A stretch of 63,751 bases of DNA, the filler included, from Octopus bimaculoides (Eukaryota), in the NCBI RefSeq assembly GCF_001194135.2. It is 6 parts of 6 records of this genome, joined end to end, with 100 filler letters (N's around TTAATTAATTAA, not from the genome) between each part and the next. Parts side by side here need not be neighbours in the genome. Positions count along the whole stretch, not along the records: positions 52,701 to 61,336 come from NC_068981.1; positions 61,437 to 63,751 come from NC_069005.1; 4 more parts are not named here. The stretch is one strand, 5' to 3'. Position numbers and translations under genes: made by a program. How positions within the stretch are numbered: the stretch's first letter is position 1; each line of letters starts with the position of its first letter. This document shows positions 53,261 through 63,751 of this stretch, one piece after another. The notes beneath the pieces are model-generated. The model had not been told where the DNA came from. It was given only the letters and a program-made list of their open reading frames with translations, and did no database searches.

Positions 53261-56200
53261 TTTCTCTCTCTGTTTATTTCTGTGTTCCTTTCTGTTGAAG
53301 AGCGTAGGTTCGAAACATAAAAGACTTTCTCACTTCCCAAGCGTTAAACTAATACATCTCTTTGTTGTTTACACACCCGTCTTCATCTTTTGTTTTGCTT
53401 GTTTCTTTTGTAAATTCCAACCATACATACATACATACATACATATAGATAGATACATATATTCATACATATTCCTGTATATATGTATAAATGTCCCAAT
53501 AAAAACTCTTAATGAAAAAATTGTAGCAATACCAGATAAACCATTTGTCTGTTATACACATCCATGTATATTCCTTCCTCTCTGTTAGGAGACATAAGCA
53601 CTTACACACACACATATATATATCATCATCATTTAACATTCATTATATATATGTATGTATACATATATATTTACACACACACACACATGCCTGACTGGGA
53701 TGATAAGATGACTGGTGATATGCAGTTCTTAAGAAGACCCACCCAACTCGGAGAAATCCTGTGCACAACTTTGGCCCTTTGCCCAATTTCTTCCCCCTAC
53801 ACACCACACCACCCTTTATCTCTCTCAAGGTAGCCTTGATACCACTAATATTTCTCCCTGTCTAGAAACATTTCACTTGATATCTATGCAGCTTCCTTAA
53901 TACTAGCCTCTCCAACCACATTTTGAACTGACCCCTGACTCCACTGCAAGCCTCCAAATTGTCTCATCTACTCCACCACCATACATATCTTATTCTTCTC
54001 ATGCACTACACCTGCCTCTCTTCCAATTTACCAAACTACTTATCATCTTTTCTTTTTCTCTCTCATCCTTCATTTGTACATAGACTATGGTAATATCATT
54101 ACTGCTTTGCTATTCTTCACCTCTTCACCCTCATGCATCATTGGTCACCACCCCAACCATAATCCACCATTCACTATATCCCCACCACCACCATCACCAC
54201 CACCCTTCAATCTCATTCAGTCTCAAAGGGTTTTCACCTACTTTTCCCTACCTCTCCTACATATCCTTCGCTCAACACTTATCCTTCTGTTATATTCACC
54301 CTATCATACATTTTCTATATCTCACTCTCCCATACATTCTTGCAACCTTTACCCACCCAAACTCGCCCCTCACGATTCTTCTGTCCCCCCCCCCCACCTT
54401 CATTCATTTCTCCTGGACTCATTTCTAAAGGAACCCAGACACATTATCACTATTTTTTTTACTCTTCCCTGTACCACACCAATCATTATATCCACCTACT
54501 CTTCTAAAATGTATCCCCTCTACAGCAAGAAAAACAAATGTACACATACATACATACATACATACATATACACACACAAACATTTCATCATCAAAATTTA
54601 TCTGTTTTCCATGCTGGAACAGGTTGAATAGTTCAACAGAAACTAGCAAGTCAGAAGCCCTTCTGTCTACACACACACACACACAAATGCACTAAATTAT
54701 AAAATAATACATACCCATATACTATTAATTACCTAATCAGTTAATACTTCTTCCTGGTTCTGACTAATTCTTTAATAATGCTTTAATTCTTTAACAATGC
54801 TTTAATAATTTTCTTTTTTTAACCAATAGACATGAGGGCATTATAGTTTCAATGAATAAAATCTATGATGTATTAATATATTTTGTTTTGAAAGAGTACC
54901 TAATTGAGAGCATTAACAATTTGTAAGTTCACAGCTGGCACCAACTTATTTACGCCTCTCTCTGTTTTCATTTGAATTGTCAATTTGTAAAACTATGCAA
55001 ATACAACAAGCTAGATGAGTTAAAATTTTAAATTTTATTTAAGTCTTAAAACTCACATGGCCTGTGTAAGTTACTATAGTCCCAGTACAAAAAAAAAAAA
55101 AAAANNNNNNNNNNNNNNNNNNNNNNNNNNNNNNNNNNNNNNNNNNNNNNNNNNNNNNNNNNNNNNNNNNNNNNNNNNNNNNNNNNNNNNNNNNNNNNNN
55201 NNNNNNNNNNNNNNNNNNNNNNNNNNNNNNNNNNNNNNNNNNNNNNNNNNNNNNNNNNNNNNNNNNNNNNNNNNNNNNNNNNNNNNNNNNNNNNNNNNNN
55301 NNNNNNNNNNNNNNNNNNNNNNNNNNNNNNNNNNNNNNNNNNNNNNNNNNNNNNNNNNNNNNNNNNNNNNNNNNNNNNNNNNNNNNNNNNNNNNNNNNNN
55401 NNNNNNNNNNNNNNNNNNNNNNNNNNNNNNNNNNNNNNNNNNNNNNNNNNNNNNNNNNNNNNNNNNNNNNNNNNNNNNNNNNNNNNNNNNNNNNNNNNNN
55501 NNNNNNNNNNNNNNNNNNNNNNNNNNNNNNNNNNNNNNNNNNNNNNNNNNNNNNNNNNNNNNNNNNNNNNNNNNNNNNNNNNNNNNNNNNNNNNNNNNNN
55601 NNNNNNNNNNNNNNNNNNNNNNNNNNNNNNNNNNNNNNNNNNNNNNNNNNNNNNNNNNNNNNNNNNNNNNNNNNNNNNNNNNNNNNNNNNNNNNNNNNNN
55701 NNNNNNNNNNNNNNNNNNNNNNNNNNNNNNNNNNNNNNNNNNNNNNTTATATAAATATAAATGAATAATTATATTCTTGGGAATAAAAAAATGATGGTTT
55801 TTTTCCCTTATGAATTTTTTACACACTAGCTTCCTGATAAAATTCTTGTAAAGGATTTTTATCCCATTATTGAATTAATTAAATATATATTTATATATAT
55901 ATATATATATGTAATGGCAATGCAGTTTGTTGTTTGTCATTTGTAAGATGAACGAAGAACAGTGATCGAAGTTGTAAAGAAATATTTATTTACTGTTTCT
56001 TTAATATAAGCCATACCACGATGGGTAGGCTAGTGTAATAGTATAACACAGTTCGTAAAGTATGCAAGGTATGTCAGTCTAAAAATACGAAAAATAAGAG
56101 TAAACCTGCTTAGCTTTTTGATTTTTTACATTATAGCATAATACAAACGAAGAAAGTTTTCAAACAGCTTTTTTTTTAACACACTTAAAGTAAATTCAGT

Positions 56201-56839
56201 ATCCTGAAAAGACACCTTACAAAGGTTGATCAAACTTTTAAATTTCAAATGTGGAGTTACTTCATGTTAGAGATAGAAAACCCTGCAGCTTACTGGATTC
56301 TTTCAAACCGTTGAACCCATGCCAGCATGGAAAATGGACATCAAATGGCAATGATGATAATCATGATGACATCACTAAATAATGAGCTGTGGTTGTGTAC
56401 ACATCACTTGTTTATTTAGCTGACCTATATTCTAAATTTAATGAAATGCAGGAAAAAAATTATATCTTATTTTGATGCCAACCCATCTATGAGCACCCAT
56501 GGTTCTATGATGCAAATTTCCTGTTTTAAAGCAATTTAAATGAAAACCTTCTCTCAAAATTTCATGTTTAATTTATACTCCAAATGTCAACTTGATAATG
56601 GAAAGTTAATTTATTAAATTTTAAAAATTAATTGAAACAAAAGCAGTGTATTTCAACAGAAATATGGTAACAAAAGGATTAAAATAAAGATTGACTTATC
56701 TTCTTTAAAAATGAAAGAATTTTTAATATTTCTCAACTTGTCACAACTGGAATAAAAGCAGATTTTAGATAATTATGTATTCATGTTGACAACATAACTT
56801 TTCCCATTATAAAATCTCAAGAATATGCAGAGTTCTTGA

Positions 56840-57368
56840 GTGCTTTATTCTCAATCCTATGTTGAAATATAAAAAACAGATATTCAAGGTATTAACTGAA
56901 ATGAAAGTAGATTTGAGACAAAGGCATTGTTCAAATATAAAATGTTTAATGACTTACAGAACAATGAAAACACTGCAAACAAATATCAAAATCTTAGGGC
57001 AGCTGCTGACACATTTTTGCTTGCACTTTCAAGTTATTATTTGGTTGAAACTGAATTCAGCCATATAAATGTACTGTTAAGTAAACAAAGAAAAAGATTT
57101 CACATCAATGAACGTGGTGACCTAAGACTCAAAGTTATGAAATACCATTCTAATATTCATGCTATTAACAGTCATCAGCAGTGGCATGGCTAGGGGTAGG
57201 TGATGGGGGTGGTCCACCACAGCAATGCTTTTATGGAGGCAGCACAACTGAGTTTGCTGTAAAAGCTTATAGAGAGGGTAGGGCAGGAGGGTCATAAATT
57301 CAAGGGCTGCCCCAGGCAGCAAAAACTGTATTTATGCCTCTGGTCATCAGGCTCATTTATTTCATTAA
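56840..57368 (+). pseudogene. hAT (Buster/ZBED-like) transposase C-terminal remnant
   Basis: KYQNLRAAADTFLLALSSYYLVETEFSHINVLLSKQRKRFHINERGDLRLKV, similar to the hAT dimerisation region. Interrupted by a MITE. Confidence 0.8.
57179..57342. mobile_element. 164-bp non-autonomous hAT-type element with 8-bp TSD
   Basis: Termini CAGTGGCATG and TATGCCTCTG form imperfect TIRs. Exact direct repeat GTCATCAG at 57171-57178 and 57343-57350. Confidence 0.85.
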
Positions 57369-57529
57369 GAAGACAAACTCCTTCCATTAAAAGATGCTTT
57401 GTAATCTGTGTATGCGTTTTTTTAAATCTTTGTTGCATTAGTATGGTAACCTATTTATCTTATTTTTCTCTGTCCCTCTGGGTATTTTATGTCATTTTGT
57501 TATTGAGCATACTGAGCCTAGTGAAATAT

Positions 57530-57937
57530 TTTCTTTTCTTTTATCTTTTACTTGTTTCGGTCATTACACTATGGCCATACTGGGGCACCACCTTCAAAAA
57601 CTTTTAGTCAAATAGATTAACCCTAGTACTAATTTTTTTTTTGTTTAAGCCTGGTACTTTTTCTACTGTTCTCTTTTACTAAACTATTAAATTATGGCAA
57701 TGTAAACACACTAACACCTGTTGTCAAGCAGTGGTGGGGGACAAACACACACACACACATACACAGATATACATATATATTTCTTTCTTTCTTTCTTTAC
57801 TTGTTTCAGTCATTTGACTGCAGCCATGCTGGAGCACCACCTTTAGTCGAGCGAATCGACCCCAGGACTTATTCTTTGTAAGCCTAGTACTTATTCTATC
57901 AGTCTCTTTTTGCCGAACCTCTAAGTTACGGGAACTT
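57530..57937 (-). mobile_element. Two tandem SINE family B copies
   Basis: ggccatactggggcaccacc..gtaaacacactaacacctgttgtcaagc and gactgcagccatgctggagcaccacctttagtcgagcgaatcgaccccagg. Confidence 0.85.
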
Positions 57938-59049
57938 NNNNNNNNNNNNNNNNNNNNNNNNNNNNNNNNNNNNNNNNNNNNNNNNNNNNNNNNNNNNNNN
58001 NNNNNNNNNNNNNNNNNNNNNNNNNNNNNNNNNNNNNNNNNNNNNNNNNNNNNNNNNNNNNNNNNNNNNNNNNNNNNNNNNNNNNNNNNNNNNNNNNNNN
58101 NNNNNNNNNNNNNNNNNNNNNNNNNNNNNNNNNNNNNNNNNNNNNNNNNNNNNNNNNNNNNNNNNNNNNNNNNNNNNNNNNNNNNNNNNNNNNNNNNNNN
58201 NNNNNNNNNNNNNNNNNNNNNNNNNNNNNNNNNNNNNNNNNNNNNNNNNNNNNNNNNNNNNNNNNNNNNNNNNNNNNNNNNNNNNNNNNNNNNNNNNNNN
58301 NNNNNNNNNNNNNNNNNNNNNNNNNNNNNNNNNNNNNNNNNNNNNNNNNNNNNNNNNNNNNNNNNNNNNNNNNNNNNNNNNNNNNNNNNNNNNNNNNNNN
58401 NNNNNNNNNNNNNNNNNNNNNNNNNNNNNNNNNNNNNNNNNNNNNNNNNNNNNNNNNNNNNNNNNNNNNNNNNNNNNNNNNNNNNNNNNNNNNNNNNNNN
58501 NNNNNNNNNNNNNNNNNNNNNNNNNNNNNNNNNNNNNNNNNNNNNNNNNNNNNNNNNNNNNNNNNNNNNNNNNNNNNNNNNNNNNNNNNNNNNNNNNNNN
58601 NNNNNNNNNNNNNNNNNNNNNNNNNNNNNNNNNNNNNNNNNNNNNNNNNNNNNNNNNNNNNNNNNNNNNNNNNNNNNNNNNNNNNNNNNNNNNNNNNNNN
58701 NNNNNNNNNNNNNNNNNNNNNNNNNNNNNNNNNNNNNNNNNNNNNNNNNNNNNNNNNNNNNNNNNNNNNNNNNNNNNNNNNNNNNNNNNNNNNNNNNNNN
58801 NNNNNNNNNNNNNNNNNNNNNNNNNNNNNNNNNNNNNNNNNTAAGTAATAGTTATTATAAAGAAGATATGAAAACAGACGTGAGATACGTAAGGATATTG
58901 TATCTGCAGTTCCATTATTTAAGCAGAATGGTGTATATATAAGTTTCTTGTACCTTGTGTGTGACGCTTCTTTCAGTTTTTGTCTACCAAATCCACTCAC
59001 AAGGCTTTGCTTGGCTTGAGGCTACAGTAGAAGACATTGCACATGGTGC

Positions 59050-59390
59050 TTGTAACTTTTTAGTTTTTTAGTACCTTTACTGAGATCTTGTTTTCACACA
59101 TACACATTAAGTTTTCTTGCACGCAAGCTTTGCATCATTACCTTCCTCCTGTCACACAATAATATAGCCGACTATTATCAGCTCTACGATCACGGATTCC
59201 CTATTAAAACTGACGAACATTTGTTTTTACTTCTGACTCATCGTAGTAGTGAAAAACTTCGTAACGTTTTAGTAGAATCTATAAGTATTGATTTTTATGT
59301 CAAGACATTTTAATACACCTCCAGTTACCACAACCAACCATACTCAAAATCCTTGCCAATTACATACAACCACTACATTTGGTGACTCCT
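59050..59390 (+). repeat. Putative 5' LTR end and primer-binding site of the Gypsy element
   Basis: ...ACTACA ends at 59377, followed by tt and TGGTGACTCC (59380-59389). TGG is complementary to the tRNA CCA end, and the site lies just upstream of gag. Confidence 0.5.
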
Positions 59391-60815
59391 GTGAATCACG
59401 TAATTTTATACGACAATCGAACTTCCTACGAATACCCCAGCCTAATTATGTCGCTCCTAGTGCACAACACATCAATGCCGTCTGCATCTACAGATACAAC
59501 AGCTACCCAGTTAGTAATTATGAAAAAGGTACAACCATTTCTAGACACACGACCCGGCTCTATGGTTCGCATACATCGAAACGCAGCTCATTGCGAACCA
59601 GATCGTTAGCGAGACAACCCGAATGGCACTTAACATCAGTTCGCTTCCATTAGACGTCATTGTGGAATTTGGAGATTTGGTAATGGATCCGCCAACACTC
59701 TCTTGCGACACTTTTTAGAAGGAACTCACAAAACGCACCCACGTTTCACAGCAGAAATAACTCCACCAAATCCTAACAACAGAAGAATTCGAAAAAAAAA
59801 AAAAACAATATTTCAGCTCCTTTCTTTAAACAGCTATTCCTAATGCGACTGCCCTCCACTACGTAAATCATTTTCGCGTCCACTTAGAAGTCTTCGTCTA
59901 TTAAGGAGTTGGCCGAACAGACGGAAGGAAATTCAATGGTTGCAACCTCGTTTTCGACCATGGCTCTGGTATCATCAACCGTATCTTGCAGGAACCCTTT
60001 CGCTTAGTCATCCGATTGCACAGAAATCGCGGACCTGCGATCCTAATGACACAGCAAAACGCGCAGAATCAAGTATTTTCAGCATAAATTCAAATTTTGT
60101 TACTTTTCAACTCACCTCGACGCAGTAAAATCCAATTCCGGCGTTTTGTTCGTCGGCATTCCCGAAGTCCTAGCATTATTCAACGGTCAGATTTGAAGTG
60201 CTGGTATCACCGTAGATTTGGCAAGTATGCCCCCCCCCCTCACTGTGAGTCTCCTTATTCTGTTTCAAGAGATACTCCTTTCCTTCCAGTAAATAAAATA
60301 CCCAGGGATTAAGGACGACAAATGCGCCTGGCTCCTGTAAACAAAGTCGCCTTTTCTTTGTGACTGACTGTTTCACAGGTATTCGTTTACTTGTAGATAC
60401 CGAAGCCGACGTTAGCATGATATCAGTGTCCCTCTTATCATTCACCAGAAAACCCGCACCAGTTCTTGTACAAGCAGTCAACCATTCTCCGATTCCTATT
60501 TTTGGAAAACAGTCTCTTATTCTGAACTTAGGCCCACTTTAATTTAGAGCTTGTAGCGTACGCTTGATTTCCTACAACATATCGGACGCTGAGTATACAT
60601 CAACAGTCAGACCTGTTATTTTGCTAACAGCAATCACACAGTAGAACTCTAGCCTCTGCAAGTAACCTGTAATGGCTCTTCCAGTGTTCAGAAACATAAT
60701 GTAACCCACCACACTGAGACTCATCGTACATCAATCGCCACGAGACCACGATCACTCCGTACAAATCGTTTGAAGGCTGCAAAACAGGAATTCCAACACA
60801 TGCTAGACCTAACAT
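59380..60815 (+). pseudogene. Ty3/Gypsy LTR retrotransposon gag-protease-RT start (decayed)
   Basis: Gag motifs DLVMDPP..DTF*KELTKRT, FLMRLP and CWYHRRFG. Protease FFVTDCFTGIRLLVDTEADVS (DTG changed to DTE). Linker KHNVTHHTET..RPRSLRTNRLKAAKQEFQHML. Confidence 0.88.
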
Positions 60816-61552
60816 CACTGCGGAAACTGCGTGAATTTCTGGTTTTTATAGATTTTTTTTTTTAATAAAAGATTTGTAGGGAAGACCGTGCGAACTCATA
60901 AAAGGAGAAATGGTGACGAATGGAAAAACAGAGGGCTCCTTTTATTTAAACGTGTCACACGGTCGAACACAAAAATAATATATCGAATATGATATACGTG
61001 ATATGTTATGCGACGATAACATAGATGACCAGTAATGAAAGACCACAACCGTATTAGATGAATAACAGAGATATTTATTATGGTGTTAAAGATGTATGTC
61101 TGTGTGAGAGTGTGAATGCGACATATAAGAACATAATCAAAGACAGGCCGTCATACAAAGAAAAGTGTGTATGTGAGTGATACATGTATGTGTATGTGAA
61201 ATATTACAGCAGAGAAAGAGTCAATAACACGTGAGCAATTATACCAGTTCTTGGGTACACAATAATATGAATCTGTATGTGAAGTGAGTTGGCTGAGTGT
61301 GGCAGTGCTGATCACTAGTTGTGATGTCGTGGCATCNNNNNNNNNNNNNNNNNNNNNNNNNNNNNNNNNNNNNNNNNNNNTTAATTAATTAANNNNNNNN
61401 NNNNNNNNNNNNNNNNNNNNNNNNNNNNNNNNNNNNTATCCATTCTTTCTGTTTTCACGACTATACTGCTTTAGAAATATTACCTTCCTGTCTGTTATAT
61501 AGGTACATACATATAGATGAATATATATTCATGTGTGTGTGTGTGTGTGTGT

Positions 61553-61591
<39 letters not shown>

Positions 61592-61711
61592 ATGTATATC
61601 ATTTATAATTTGTAGAAAATATAGAATGGTTAAAAAGCCGAGTATTTCGTGCATTCCTTCTTATTATTGCTAACAAACGAATCTGTAGATCCTTGAGAAA
61701 TAGTATAACAG

Positions 61712-61732
61712 TACTACTACTACTACTACTAT

Positions 61733-61813
<81 letters not shown>
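61712..61813. repeat. Compound (TAC)n(TAA)n microsatellite
   Basis: Seen directly. Confidence 0.97.
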
Positions 61814-61815
<2 letters not shown>

Positions 61816-62009
61816 GAAAAAAGATGGTATAAACACACGCCAGAAAAGGTCACAGAAAACGAGAAAGCAACCATACTCTGGGATATGCCAATACACACAG
61901 ATAGAGAAATTAAGGCAAATAGACCAGATATAGTTGTCAAAGATCATGAAGTAAAAAAATGCTTTCTAATTGATGTATCAATACCAGCAGATGACAACGT
62001 TTCTCTAAA
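61814..62009 (+). mobile_element. R4/Dong-like RLE endonuclease fragment (young subfamily)
   Basis: KRWYKHTPEKVTENEKATILWDMPIHTDREIKANRPDIVVKDHEVKKCFLIDVSIP. About 4 mismatches in ~108 nt versus the 34083 copy. It starts right after (TAC)n(TAA)n. Confidence 0.9.
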
Positions 62010-62436
62010 NNNNNNNNNNNNNNNNNNNNNNNNNNNNNNNNNNNNNNNNNNNNNNNNNNNNNNNNNNNNNNNNNNNNNNNNNNNNNNNNNNNNNNNNNNN
62101 NNNNNNNNNNNNNNNNNNNNNNNNNNNNNNNNNNNNNNNNNNNNNNNNNNNNNNNNNNNNNNNNNNNNNNNNNNNNNNNNNNNNNNNNNNNNNNNNNNNN
62201 NNNNNNNNNNNNNNNNNNNNNNNNNNNNNNNNNNNNNNNNNNNNNNNNNNNNNNNNNNNNNNNNNNNNNNNNNNNNNNNNNNNNNNNNNNNNNNNNNNNN
62301 NNNNNNNNNNNNNNNNNNNNNNNNNNNNNNNNNNNNNNNNNNNNNNNNNNNNNNNNNNNNNNNNNNNNNNNNNNNNNNNNNNNNNNNNNNNNNNNNNNNN
62401 NNNNNNNNNNNNNNNNNNNNNNNNNNNNNNNNNNNN

Positions 62437-62900
62437 GCCAGACATGACAGAGTCGGCCAGACATGACAGAGTCGGCACTATAAAATCAAAACCGCTGATA
62501 AATGGTATAAATACCACCTTGAAGCTGTGGCTGAAGGAGAAAATGTATCGATTCTCTGGGACTTCCCCATACATACCGACAAAACTATAAAAGCTAATAA
62601 ACCGGATATTATTATAAAAGATCAGACAAAGAAGTGTTTATTAATTGGCATGAGTATTCCTTGCGATCATAATATAGCGGCGAAAGAAGTTGACAATATC
62701 AGTAAATATAAAGAATTGCTAATAAAAATTGAAAAAATGTGGCACTTCAAGGCGACTACCGTACCAGTGATTGTAGGATCTCTAGGAATGATAAATAAAA
62801 GGTACTGGAACCTTTTGAAAATGATACCTACAGGAAGTGCAAAAAATCGTTTTAACTGGAACGACTCATGTACTGAGAAGAGCATTATCGCTGTGAAAAC
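62437..62900 (+). mobile_element. R4/Dong-like RLE C-terminal fragment (second subfamily)
   Basis: RHDRVG, WDFPIHTDKTIKANKPDIIIKD, KYKELLIKIEKMW, VPVIVGSLG and EVQKIVLTGTTHVLRRAL*. Confidence 0.88.
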
Positions 62901-63314
62901 AACATCCATTCATGAATTTATTTATTTACTTATTTTTTTAAATCTATAGATTTGCTTGTGTAAACTGGGAATGCATACAATGAGCTTCGCCGCCCTAGGT
63001 GTACGCAAAACACTCGGCAAGAAATAGAAGAAAATTAGAAGAAAGAAGAAAAAGAACAACATAATAAAAAATAATAATAACAATGATAATAATAATATTA
63101 ACCATCTGCATACATATGCATATGAAGATATAAGTACATGCATACGTATATTTACATGCACATTCACACATTCATATAATCGCAATCTTTTAACTGAGCA
63201 TTCGTCTGTCATTTTAAATACAGTACAATATTTAGGTGAGTACTATTCTTTTTTGTGATGGAGTTGTATCCCTTTTAAGTTTGCAGAAACAATTGAAAGT
63301 ATTCTAGTCTCAAA

Positions 63315-63751
63315 GTATATATATATGAAAGAAGGTTTGAAAATGCAATTTTAAAGTTGTTTATTGACTTGACCGGTTTCATTTTTTAAGAAAGACATTG
63401 TCAAACGTAAAATGTAAAGCTTTGTATAAGCTTTGTTTTGTTAAGTACTGGTTGTCACAGAAGTATTAAAATACAGTTATACATTCTTTGATAATAATAA
63501 GAAAATGTTACATAATTGTTTACAAGAAAGTATTTAAGAAAGGGTTCAACAAAAAGTATTAGGAGTTCAATAAAAAATCATGTTTGTTTGGTAGTATATA
63601 TATATGAAAGAAGGTTTGAAAATGCAATTTTAAAGTTGTTTATTGACTTGACCGGTTTCATTTTTTAAGAAAGACATTGTCAAACGTAAAATGTAAAGCT
63701 TTGTATAAGCTTTGTTTTGTTAAGTACTGGTTGTCACAGAAGTATTAAAAT
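63315..63751. repeat. Direct duplication with a 279-bp period
   Basis: About 63315-63472 is repeated identically from about 63594 to the window end. Confidence 0.9.

Noticed and set aside
59208-59280. CTGACGA...GAAA in the Gypsy LTR
   Set aside because: No stem I, II or III pairing.
62437-62474. 19-nt tandem duplication in the R4 fragment
   Set aside because: Abuts a gap, so it is probably a contig-end artefact or trivial slippage.

Overview
AT-rich, microsatellite-dense eukaryotic DNA with many N gaps. The SINE, MITE and LINE families look like those of Octopus, probably O. bimaculoides (inferred from recognising the repeats, not from a search). No long intact gene is present. Most ORF-track entries are read-throughs of microsatellites or gaps. 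The window is mostly decayed mobile elements: Penelope-like (PLE) RT and GIY-YIG remnants, R4/Dong-type RLE LINE fragments at (TAA)n tracts, RTE and Tx1-like LINEs, a Gypsy gag-pro remnant, Tc1/mariner and hAT remnants and MITEs, and many SINEs. The main signal is a set of type I hammerhead-ribozyme motifs from several unrelated repeat families. These include a head-to-tail ~357-nt tandem unit (24243-24895) with retrozyme-like architecture, a third diverged monomer at 16.1-16.4 kb with compensatory changes, and two families with very long stem II. Two promoter or first-exon candidates (about 10.0-10.3 kb on +, about 46.2-47.35 kb on -) suggest unidentified host genes. All folds and translations were done by eye. 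Boundaries of decayed elements are approximate.
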